From: a virus
IMG/VR virus record: IMGVR_UViG_3300038463_000401
Direction: 5' to 3' (one strand)
DNA: 64,000 nucleotides
Part shown: positions 55,756 through 64,000 of the stretch, one piece after another
Numbering within the stretch: position 1 is the stretch's first letter
How the letters are laid out: every line of letters starts with the position of its first letter
Notes under the pieces: model-generated
What the model saw: the letters and a program-made list of their open reading frames with translations, nothing else
The model's database searches: none
What the model was told of the DNA's origin: nothing
Program-made: the position numbers and the translations under genes

Positions 55756-56691
55756 ATGCCAACACCATATGACCTTTACGTCCGCTTTCTTGTCACTAAA
55801 GGCGAGACGGATCTTGGCGTCGTTAATGCCAAGCTGGACGAGCTAAACCTTCCCCCGATTGAAGAAATCCACTTCGAGGTCCAACAGGATATCGTGGGCG
55901 AGGCCATCCCAGATGGCATCGGCGCGCAGATCGTAAAGAAGACCTATAGCGCCGACTTTATGAAGTGGATGACGATACTCCAGGTTGCTGAGCTTTGGCA
56001 AGGAGAGCCTTTCGTCAAAGACCGCGAGGCGCGCAGCGTCTGCAAGCTCGTCTATGACGTGCACCAAGACATCGTCATGCGTATGACGATCAACGCTCTT
56101 CTCGTAAAAGCCGTGCCGGCGCGGGAAGTTATACAGGCCGTCAACGCCAAATACGCCTCGCTCCTCAGAGAGCACCACATTACGCTCTACGAGAAGTTCT
56201 TCTTCAACCCCCGGCAGATGACCCGGGCGGGGTGGAAAGCCTATCTGCGTCGATGTGTGCAACGCGAGGCGGCCATCTACTTCACCGCCCTCTCCGAGCC
56301 CCTCGACGTGGTCAAGACAGAGCTTGAGCTGCCGGCTCAACTCTCCAGTTCAGAGAGCCTGCAGTACCTCGCGACCAAGACGTTCCTTAAGGCCAAGAGT
56401 GCCTTGGAAGTGAACACCCCCGGTGGCGCCGACGAGGCTAGGAAGTGGGTCGGCCTCTTCCTTAACGTGACCGACAAGTATGAGAAGTACCGCACGGGCG
56501 ATACGGCAGATTTCGGTAACAGTCTGCAGATGGAATTTGACTTCATCGATGATGAGTTTCTTACCCCAGACCAGGAAGTACAGAAAGAGCTTGCTGAGAA
56601 AAAGAGCAAGGCCGACGGTAAAGGCGGAGAGGTGCCTACAGATTCTACAGTTCTCCCGGCGCTCACGGCGCTCCCGGAGGGGGGTCTGTGA
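55756..56691 (+). CDS. Hypothetical protein, candidate terminase small subunit
   Basis: Helical 311-aa ORF immediately upstream of terL; positional inference only. Confidence 0.45.
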   Translation: MPTPYDLYVRFLVTKGETDLGVVNAKLDELNLPPIEEIHFEVQQDIVGEAIPDGIGAQIVKKTYSADFMKWMTILQVAELWQGEPFVKDREARSVCKLVYDVHQDIVMRMTINALLVKAVPAREVIQAVNAKYASLLREHHITLYEKFFFNPRQMTRAGWKAYLRRCVQREAAIYFTALSEPLDVVKTELELPAQLSSSESLQYLATKTFLKAKSALEVNTPGGADEARKWVGLFLNVTDKYEKYRTGDTADFGNSLQMEFDFIDDEFLTPDQEVQKELAEKKSKADGKGGEVPTDSTVLPALTALPEGGL

Positions 56692-56721
56692 GGCCGTGAG
56701 GACCAAAAAGGTCAGTCTTAT

Positions 56722-56766
56722 TATATATATAAATATAGTGTTTAGACACTCACTTTTATATATATA
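56722..56766. repeat. AT-rich imperfect palindrome between the candidate terS and terL
   Basis: TATATATATAAA (56722-33) and TTTATATATATA (56755-66) enclose AGTGT/ACACT. Confidence 0.8.
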
Positions 56767-56941
56767 GAAATAGAAGCTCATAGGAGAGAGAGAATATTTC
56801 TCAGAGCACATATAAAAATTTATTTCCACATAACCCCCCTTCTGTCCCACGGTCCGCCGTGAGGCGGGAGTTTTGTCGTAACAGTGCGCTATTACTAAAT
56901 AATACACTGTTTTTTTCAAAGTGAGGTCTGGAGGCATTTCC

Positions 56942-59900
56942 GTGAGTACTGCTGAAGAAATAGACACACTTGATGAGGAAAAGGATTACGACGACGAGCC
57001 GCTGCCGCCCGATCCGACGACCGTTGCGAAGGTCCGTCAAGAGTTTAACGAGAACGGAACGATAAGAAAGTGCATAAAGGCTAGGAAATCCGCGTTCGTA
57101 CACAACCTCATCTACCTCGATGGGGCGAAGTTTAGCTTCCTTGGGCGCGAGTACCTCCTACCTATCTATGATAGGAAAGACTCTAGAATCCTTCTGAAAA
57201 CTAGCCGTCAGGTTGAGAAATGTTGTCACGTTAACTCCACAGTTGTCCTCGCAAGTGGGCTGGAGAAGCGAGCTTCCGAGCTTGTGCCAGGAGACCGCAT
57301 TGTAGCTGCGGGCGAGGGATGGCACCAAGCCGTAGACACAGTCATAGTGTCAGAGACCAATGGGGACAAGCCGTGTGTTCGCATAAAGACACGCCTAGGC
57401 TCGACTTTGGAGGTAACCCTCAACCACCCTCTTAAGAAGCTAACTACTTGGATAGACGCCGGTCAGCTGAAGAAGGGCGATAAGCTAGCTGCGCTTAGGT
57501 CAGTCGGACATTTTGGAAAGATCTCTGAACCCCTTGCTCCTCTTCTGGGGCTGATGATTGGCGATGGTGCCATGACCGAGAGCTGTTGCCGGTTCACCTG
57601 CAAAGACCCAACCATCCAGGCCTGGTTTGAGCAATTATACGGCCCTATTAACTTCCATGTAGACAACCGCTCTGGCACAAGAAACTACTATGTTGGCATA
57701 AACTCGCCGGTTATAGCCTATGTAAAGCAGCACGGTCTGTTTGGTAAAGTGGCCTACCAGAAAGAACTCCCTCCTATTTGCTTCAGCTACACTAAGGAGT
57801 CCACGCGAGAGCTTCTTCGCGGGTTGTGGGCTACAGACGGGCATTGCAAAAACGTAACAAAATCTAAGATAGACTTGGTGTACTGCACGACCAGCCCAAT
57901 CTTAGCGCGGCAGGTCAGAATGCTACTGCGCAAGTTTGGGGTGGTCACGGTTCAACGCGAGAACCGGCCAAGCAACGGTGGGCGACTGGCCTATATTATC
58001 CGGGTGGTTACTCGCCGCTCGATCGAGGCATTCCACCGAGAGCTTGGACCAATACCTGGCAAGCCGTTTGAGCTTCCGACATGCAAGGCCAAGAGCAATT
58101 TAGACACACTCCCGCAAGAGGTGCACGGTCTGATTCTAAAGGCCAGAAAGGACAACGGTTCTCATTGGACCAGAGACAGCCTTGGTAAGCTGGGGCTCAT
58201 CCAGCACATGGAATATTGTCCTACTTACGAAAAGGTTTCTGAGCTTCAGAAAGTTGCTAGAAGCGAGGAGGTTCAGAGAGTCCTAGATAGCGATATCATC
58301 TGGGACGAGGTGGTTTCAGTCGAAGACATCGGCGTGCAGCCGACATGGGCGCTTCAGACAGGAACGGAAACATTCCTCAGTGACTTCGTTGTTAACCACA
58401 ACACTACAAGCTTGGCCAATCACCTAGTTGTCCGAAGTGTAGTCAAACCGTACAACAAGAGCCTCTACGTATCTCCGTCCCACACCCAAACTCGTCAGTT
58501 CTCCTCTGAGAAGCTGAAGCCTGCGATAGAGCGCTCACCGTTCATCATGCGGTACCTCCAGGATAGTCAAGTGTCCAGCCAGGTTTTCGAGAAGGGCTTT
58601 ACAAACGGGTCATTTATCTTCCTGCGGTCAGCCTTCCGAAGTGCTGACCGGGCGCGGGGTATCAGCGCAAGAGACTTGTGCTACGACAAAGACGCTTATG
58701 CGCTAACTAGGCTAGGTTGGAAGAAAATCTCAGACATCGTCGAGGGGGATGAGCTAGCTGATGTCAATGACAGTGGCTTGGTGGAGTGGAACAAGCCAAC
58801 TCGTATAATTAGTAAAAAACACACAGGCAGGATGATCTCCTTTGAGCATGGCGGTTTTCACCTACGAGTCACGGATGACCATAGTTTATGGGTAAACTTC
58901 AAAGTTAAGGCCAAATCTTACAAAGAGGATAGGTACGAGTTCAGTAAGGCGTCAGCTCTGTTGGAGGATCGCAGCATGGGTTTTAAGATGACCTGCTCCG
59001 CGTCCTGGCCACTAAGCAACGAACCGCGAACTATTATCAATGGAGTTGACCTTCTAACAAAGGAGTTCAATGCGTTACTTGGTTGGTATCTAGCTGAGGG
59101 CTGTATGTCTTCAGGGTACCCCGTTCTTAACCTTCACGAGAAGGATCTTACTTACATAGAGCCACTGCTTAAGTCTATGGGGTTGAGATATAACATATAC
59201 CCCAACGCGCACAACAAGTCTGGGCCGGGTAAGACGCTATGGGTGATGTCCAAACCACTTGGTAGCTACTTTAAAAGACTAGGTAAATCCTATACGAAGT
59301 TCATACCAAGAGATGTTTTGGATGCTGGCCTATATCTTGATGAGTTGCTTAAAGGCCTGTTCCTTGGGGATGCTTGCTACCATAAGGGGGAGAGGTGGCA
59401 GCATGGTACCCTCCGTACCAGGTCTAAGCAACTAGCGGAAGATGCCCAGGAGGCTTGGTTACGTCTAGGCAAGCCCGCGGCCCTACATACAAGGATGCAC
59501 CCGAACAAAGCCCGAAATCTCAATCCTGATGAGCCTTTTGAACTAGTTCCCATGTATGAGGTTTGCGCCTATGATCTTGACTACATAATCTTTTGGCGCA
59601 GTCAGAGAGACGCTCGGATCATTCCTGAAGAAGTTGTGGAAGAGGATGTATTCTGTTTTACGATAAAAAATCACCGTCCTATCGTGAAGGGCAACCATAG
59701 CTCTAAGCCAGTAATATCTGGGAACTGCATAGATGAGATCCAGGACTTTTACACCAGCGAGATCCCTGTTATCCGCGAGTGTACCTCTCACTTTCCAGAC
59801 TCCACCGAGATCATGGCGGGTACTCCCAAAAGCCATGACAACCCTATTGAAATCTACTGGGGTGAGACTACACAGAACGAATGGCTTGTTCCCTGTTCCT

Positions 59901-60925
59901 GCGGTAAATGGAACTTCCTAGACGAACAGAATATCGCCCCTACCGAGATGTACACTTCTGGTAAGTTGCCACCAGGACCGGTCTGCAAGAAGTGTATGAA
60001 GCCAATCAATGTCCGCGCCGGTAAGTGGATGTCCACGTCACCAGGCAAGTCTATCCAGGGCTACAGAATTCCGCAGCTCATGGTGCCGTGGATTGTCGGC
60101 ACGTTAAGCCAGTGGTTAAAGTTAACGTGGAAGCGTGACAACTATCCTTTTGGTCAGTTCTATAACGAAGTTCTCGGGCTCAGCTATGACTCTGCCTCAA
60201 AACCGGTTACCCGAGACGAGCTAATAGCCTGCTGCAGCGATTACGACCTATGGAACCCCGAGGCAATGACCCAGCAGCAGCTGGCAGAGGCCCGGGGATC
60301 GGTTCTGACGGCCGGGGTCGACTGGGGTGAGGGAATTGACGGGTCAGAGAAGTCGCCCTCTGGAAAGGTACGGAACGCCTCCTACACGGTGCTTACAATC
60401 GGCACCTATATCAACCAGCGGCAATGGGCCGTCAAGCTGGTCAAGAAGTACATGGGTAAGGAGATCGAGCCCGACCACGTCGTGGCGGACATCTGCCGCA
60501 TCGTCGGGGGGCTTAACGTCGCGATCACCGGCGTTGACTGGGGCCACGGCTGGGGCGTCAACAACTCTCTCGTCCGCAAGCTTGGGCCGAGCCGCGTCGT
60601 CCAGTATCAATATTTGCCAAAGCTTAAACAACGGATGAAGTGGGATCCGCTAGGATACCGGTACCATCTTCAGCGAAACTTCATGCTGTCCGAGCTTTTC
60701 TATGACCTCAAGCACGGACATGTTATGTTCCCGAGATGGGCTCAGATTGAGCCGTACGCCAAAGATATTTTATCAGTGTATGCCGAGTATTCTGAGTACC
60801 GACGAGAGATCAAATATGACCATAGGCCAAGTGATCCCGACGATTGGCTGCATAGCCTCCACTATGCCAAGCTAACTAGCGATATTCATTTGGGAAAGAG
60901 CCGTCGGTACACTTTGCCTGAATAA
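56942..60925 (+). CDS. terL: Terminase large subunit with two inteins
   Basis: GGAGG RBS and GTG 56942. Intein removal restores Walker A-like SRQVEK-TT and Walker B DL-CIDE. C-terminal nuclease motifs AGVDWG and PDDWLHS. Confidence 0.9.
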   Translation: MSTAEEIDTLDEEKDYDDEPLPPDPTTVAKVRQEFNENGTIRKCIKARKSAFVHNLIYLDGAKFSFLGREYLLPIYDRKDSRILLKTSRQVEKCCHVNSTVVLASGLEKRASELVPGDRIVAAGEGWHQAVDTVIVSETNGDKPCVRIKTRLGSTLEVTLNHPLKKLTTWIDAGQLKKGDKLAALRSVGHFGKISEPLAPLLGLMIGDGAMTESCCRFTCKDPTIQAWFEQLYGPINFHVDNRSGTRNYYVGINSPVIAYVKQHGLFGKVAYQKELPPICFSYTKESTRELLRGLWATDGHCKNVTKSKIDLVYCTTSPILARQVRMLLRKFGVVTVQRENRPSNGGRLAYIIRVVTRRSIEAFHRELGPIPGKPFELPTCKAKSNLDTLPQEVHGLILKARKDNGSHWTRDSLGKLGLIQHMEYCPTYEKVSELQKVARSEEVQRVLDSDIIWDEVVSVEDIGVQPTWALQTGTETFLSDFVVNHNTTSLANHLVVRSVVKPYNKSLYVSPSHTQTRQFSSEKLKPAIERSPFIMRYLQDSQVSSQVFEKGFTNGSFIFLRSAFRSADRARGISARDLCYDKDAYALTRLGWKKISDIVEGDELADVNDSGLVEWNKPTRIISKKHTGRMISFEHGGFHLRVTDDHSLWVNFKVKAKSYKEDRYEFSKASALLEDRSMGFKMTCSASWPLSNEPRTIINGVDLLTKEFNALLGWYLAEGCMSSGYPVLNLHEKDLTYIEPLLKSMGLRYNIYPNAHNKSGPGKTLWVMSKPLGSYFKRLGKSYTKFIPRDVLDAGLYLDELLKGLFLGDACYHKGERWQHGTLRTRSKQLAEDAQEAWLRLGKPAALHTRMHPNKARNLNPDEPFELVPMYEVCAYDLDYIIFWRSQRDARIIPEEVVEEDVFCFTIKNHRPIVKGNHSSKPVISGNCIDEIQDFYTSEIPVIRECTSHFPDSTEIMAGTPKSHDNPIEIYWGETTQNEWLVPCSCGKWNFLDEQNIAPTEMYTSGKLPPGPVCKKCMKPINVRAGKWMSTSPGKSIQGYRIPQLMVPWIVGTLSQWLKLTWKRDNYPFGQFYNEVLGLSYDSASKPVTRDELIACCSDYDLWNPEAMTQQQLAEARGSVLTAGVDWGEGIDGSEKSPSGKVRNASYTVLTIGTYINQRQWAVKLVKKYMGKEIEPDHVVADICRIVGGLNVAITGVDWGHGWGVNNSLVRKLGPSRVVQYQYLPKLKQRMKWDPLGYRYHLQRNFMLSELFYDLKHGHVMFPRWAQIEPYAKDILSVYAEYSEYRREIKYDHRPSDPDDWLHSLHYAKLTSDIHLGKSRRYTLPE
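57221..58402 (+). mobile_element. TerL intein A (in the Walker A loop) with LAGLIDADG endonuclease
   Basis: RQVEK|CCHVNS...TLNHPL...LMIGDG...GLWATDG...VVNHN|TTS. Confidence 0.93.
58679..59725 (+). mobile_element. TerL intein B (just before Walker B) with LAGLIDADG endonuclease
   Basis: ARDL|CYDKD...TDDHSL...WYLAEG...LFLGDA...VFCFTI...ISGN|CIDE. Confidence 0.92.
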
Positions 60926-60945
60926 ATAAATACGACGTAGAACAC

Positions 60946-61707
60946 ATGGCCAAAGAAGAAAAAATCCTTAAAACTAGTCCAGCTAAACTGGCAGCTGCTC
61001 ACCGTTATAGAGAGAAAACTAAAGATCGGATGAAAGAGTATCAACGTACTTATAGAGAGAAAACTAAAGAAAAGAAGGCAGAGTACTTCCGTCTTTATAG
61101 AGAGGAAAACAAGGCCGGACTTATTGCAAAAGCGAAAGAATATTACGCTCGCAACAAAGAGATCATGGCTATTAAAAAGCGGAATTGTCCTTCAGCAACC
61201 CCCGAAAAAAGAAGCAAAGCCAACGCTGAGTACCGTGCCGAAAATAGGGAGAAACTCAAGGCTATACGCGCCACCCCAGAATACCGAGCCGATCATGCTG
61301 CTCGTGTGCGGAAGCTACGAGCAACCAGTGCGCTAGCCTGTATTCGCGGCAGACTGGCAGGCAGATTAAATCATGCCATGAGAACCTACAGAACAGAGAA
61401 ATCTGCTTCTACCCTCAGGCTGGTTGGTTGCACTCGCGAAAAACTCCGAGCATACTTGGAGTCAACCTTACCCATAGGGATGACTTTAAAGATGGCTCTA
61501 GACGCCGGATTCCATGTAGACCACATCAGACCGTGCGCCTCTTTTGACCTTACGGATGAAGAACAGCGGCGGGCGTGTTTTCATTATACCAACCTGCAAA
61601 TGCTACCCTCGGCAGTCAACAGGTCTAAGAACTCTAAGTGGAACGGGAAATATTGGAGAACCCCAAGGAAGGAGGCCTCGCGTGAACAAGGAAGCGTATC
61701 AGTTTGA
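60946..61707 (+). mobile_element. HNH endonuclease-like protein with basic helical N-terminal repeats
   Basis: FHVDHIRPCASFDL...CFHYTNLQML....NRSK. Confidence 0.82.
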
Positions 61708-62728
61708 GCAACCTATAGACCGTAAGCTCGAACGTCCGTTCCAGCGACAAGATAAACTGCACGAACCGCTCTATGTCATCACTCCCGTGTTCAACGCCGC
61801 CCGCTATCGTTCGCGCTGGCGGCTATACGCGGACTTCAAGAAGATGGTCGCCGAGGCCGGGGCCATTCTCTATACGATCGAGGTTGCCTTCGGTGACCGC
61901 GACTTCGTGGTGACGTCGCCGGACGATCCGCGCAATATTCAGTTGCGAACGTTCCACGAACTTTGGCTCAAGGAGGCCTTAATAAATCTTGCTGTGCAGC
62001 GGTTGCCGCTTGGCTGGGGGAAGATGGCCTTTATTGACGCTGACACTCATTTTGCCAGGTACGACTGGGCGAACGAAACTCTACATCTACTAGAGCACTA
62101 CCCCGTCATTCAAATGTGGAGCCAGTTGCACGACCTCAACAGTAAACACGAACTTGTTGGGACGATCCGTTCGTTCGCTGACTACTGGAACGAGCACGGC
62201 CCGGTGGACGGCGGTAAGCTGCCTTACAAGGAAGACTTTCATTACCCATATCCGAGCACGACAAAGCCCGGCTACCCCGGCGCCCCCGGTCTCGCGTGGG
62301 CCATGCGCCGCGAAGCATGGGATCAGCTAGGTGGCCTGATTGATTGGGGAATCCTGGGTGCCTCCGATTGGTACATGGCCCATGCACTGACCGGCCAATG
62401 CAACCGAGTCGTCCGCCCAGACCAGGGCCGTATGGGCGAGATGTTCCTCGAGTGGGAAGACCGCGCGCGCAAATCCTTGTGGAACGAACGCGCAATACTT
62501 GGCAATCTGGGAGTGATGCCCGGCGTAGTTTTCCATTATTGGCACGGGGCCAAAGCAGGTCGGTTATATGGAACGCGCGAGCAGATCCTAGCGAAGAACG
62601 AGTTCAATCCAGATCTGGACTTGAAGAGAGACTGGCAGGGCTTGTATCAAGTCACGAACCGCAAGCCTCAACTCCGCAGAGACTTGCAATGGTACTTCGG
62701 GCAGCGCTCAGAAGACGCCCTCTCCTGA
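61682..62728 (+). CDS. GT-A fold glycosyltransferase
   Basis: AAGGAGG RBS and GTG 61682; VITPVFN, LWLKEALINLA, FIDAD (DxD) and GLAWAMRRE.W..LGG motifs. Confidence 0.78.
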   Translation: MNKEAYQFEQPIDRKLERPFQRQDKLHEPLYVITPVFNAARYRSRWRLYADFKKMVAEAGAILYTIEVAFGDRDFVVTSPDDPRNIQLRTFHELWLKEALINLAVQRLPLGWGKMAFIDADTHFARYDWANETLHLLEHYPVIQMWSQLHDLNSKHELVGTIRSFADYWNEHGPVDGGKLPYKEDFHYPYPSTTKPGYPGAPGLAWAMRREAWDQLGGLIDWGILGASDWYMAHALTGQCNRVVRPDQGRMGEMFLEWEDRARKSLWNERAILGNLGVMPGVVFHYWHGAKAGRLYGTREQILAKNEFNPDLDLKRDWQGLYQVTNRKPQLRRDLQWYFGQRSEDALS

Positions 62729-63453
62729 TGAGAACTAGGACTAGATCTAAGGAAGAAACTCTTGCTAAGGCTAGGGCCTGGAAGGCAGCCAATAGAGAGC
62801 GCGTGCGCGCCATGCGTGCAGCGCACTACGCTAAAAATAAGTCGCACGAGCGCGCCACAAATGAGGCGTGGAAAGCGGCCAACCCAGAGAAGCTTAAACA
62901 AACTAAGGCCAGATCGGATGCGCGGTGGAGGGAAAACAACCGAGACCGCCTGAGGGCCTACTTTCGTTCACCTGAGGTTAAGGCCCGCGCCACCGCCCGC
63001 AGTATGGAAAGATACCACTCTTGTAAGGAGGCGAGAATCAAGTCGCTGCTCAGAGCATCGCTGTGGCAGGCGCTAAAGCTTCAGGGCATAAAAAAGAACC
63101 ATTCTATAACCTCCTTGGTGGGTTGCACCTTGGCTGAATTAAAAACCCACCTGTTATCTCAGCTCCCAGAGGGGGCAACCCTTGGGCGGGATTTTCATGT
63201 CGATCATAAAAGGCCGTGCGCTTCCTTTGATCTTAGCGACCCAGAACAGCAGAAGCAGTGTTTCCACTTCACTAATTTGCAGGTTTTGCCAGCTAAGGAT
63301 AACCTGTTGAAAAGTTCTATTTGGGAAGGCGTCCGGTACTGGAGGTACCGTAAGTCAGCTTCTAAAAACACACAGGAGTCCGCTTATGACGGAGAAGTCA
63401 TCCAAAGCCGAAGCTTACGCAAAGGCCCCAAAGCCGTCATGCCCAACAATTAA
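62728..63453 (+). mobile_element. Second HNH endonuclease-like protein, paralog of 60946-61707
   Basis: Start reassigned to ATG 62728; FHVDHKRPCASFDL...CFHFTNLQVL....NLLK. Confidence 0.82.
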
Positions 63454-63586
63454 GTTGGAACACTCCTCAGCATTTGTTACTTCTAATGGAGAGCTAATGT
63501 TGAAGCAGGGCGAGATCCGGATGACGTTGCACCCGAAGCAAGCGTTGAAGCTGCGCGACTGGATCACCGACACGTTCGAACCATAA
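63386..63586 (+). CDS. Small hypothetical protein
   Basis: AGGAG RBS; overlaps the HNH 3' end. Confidence 0.55.
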   Translation: MTEKSSKAEAYAKAPKPSCPTIKLEHSSAFVTSNGELMLKQGEIRMTLHPKQALKLRDWITDTFEP

Positions 63587-63598
63587 TGGTGGGTGGCC

Positions 63599-64000
63599 AT
63601 GGAATACTTCCACATTGCCATGGTCATCCTCTGGAACATCTCCGCGGCATTTTTAGTTTGGGGCACGATCTATACGATCTGGCGGGCGCAGTTCGCGCCA
63701 TCCCCCGTCTTCAACGAGCACAGCGCGCCACCAGTCTCCATCCTGAAGCCTCTCTGTGGCAACGATCCCCAGCTATTCGAGAATCTTGAAAGCTTCCTAC
63801 ATATTGATTACCCCGAGTACGAGGTGATCTTCTTTCTTGCGGATGCAAAAGATCCTGCATTCGCCGTGCTGATCCGGCTGCACCAGAAGTACCCCGAGGC
63901 AGGCTTTCGTATCGTGCTTAGCGACTCCACAATAGGGCCCAACCCGAAGGTTGCAAATCTAGACAGGGCGTGGTCTCTCGCGAAGTACGACGTGGTTCTT
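63599..64000 (+). CDS. 3'-truncated GT21-like ceramide glucosyltransferase/HpnI-type glycosyltransferase (absent from the ORF track)
   Basis: Hand translation gives an N-terminal TM helix, then PPVSILKPLCGNDPQLFENLESF...DYPEYEVIF...DPA...L...YP...GPNPKVANL...AKYDVV; open to the window edge. Confidence 0.88.
   Translation, partial: MEYFHIAMVILWNISAAFLVWGTIYTIWRAQFAPSPVFNEHSAPPVSILKPLCGNDPQLFENLESFLHIDYPEYEVIFFLADAKDPAFAVLIRLHQKYPEAGFRIVLSDSTIGPNPKVANLDRAWSLAKYDVVL

Noticed and set aside
61563-61570. ATTATACC resembling the promoter motif
   Set aside because: It mismatches the core, lacks the CAA part and lies inside the HNH coding sequence.
62344-62727. N-terminal 128 aa of the tracked 369-aa ORF
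   Set aside because: It overlaps the glycosyltransferase in another frame; ATG 62728 at the GT stop is the better start.
63586-63789. Tracked 67-aa ORF
   Set aside because: It is out of frame with the GT21-like gene starting at 63599, which has clear family motifs.
1-64000. Stop-codon reassignment
   Set aside because: Long conserved genes are intact under code 11, and TAA, TAG and TGA all end genes at coupled junctions.
1-64000. tRNA/rRNA genes, major capsid, sheath and tube genes
   Set aside because: None was recognised by eye; a tRNAscan and HMM search is needed to exclude them.

Overview
The window is 64 kb of a large tailed-phage genome (GC-rich, genes tightly packed, mostly + strand); it does not look like a bacterial chromosome. 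In order it holds baseplate and fibre genes (1-20.5 kb), a patatin/lipoprotein/holin-like block (20.5-23 kb), and further virion genes with the portal (23-35.5 kb). These are followed by a single-chain beta+beta' RNA polymerase with two inteins (36.4-45.0 kb), a minus-strand block (Cas7/RAMP-like gene, HU, SSB), a baseplate spike and head proteins, a terminase large subunit with two inteins, two HNH genes flanking a glycosyltransferase, and a truncated GT21-like (ceramide glucosyltransferase/HpnI) gene at the right edge. The best candidate for a distinct system is the solitary Cas7/RAMP-like gene (48375-49217, -). It is followed directly by a ~740-nt non-coding array with 5-nt periodicity (GGY/NGY + NN) and an intrinsic terminator. 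This is not a CRISPR repeat-spacer array; it matches my recollection of recently reported 'VIPR' RNA-guided systems, which needs checking. Other notable signals: at least seven fibre-like proteins with Sec-type signal peptides; an intein directly after the RNAP NADFDGD motif that lacks the N-terminal nucleophile; a GGTATAAG-N4-HTG promoter-like motif and shared terminator tail bracketing minus-strand units; and an F[WF]xGFxKxA peptide tag on seven unrelated ORFs. All calls come from motif recognition by eye. No database searches were run.
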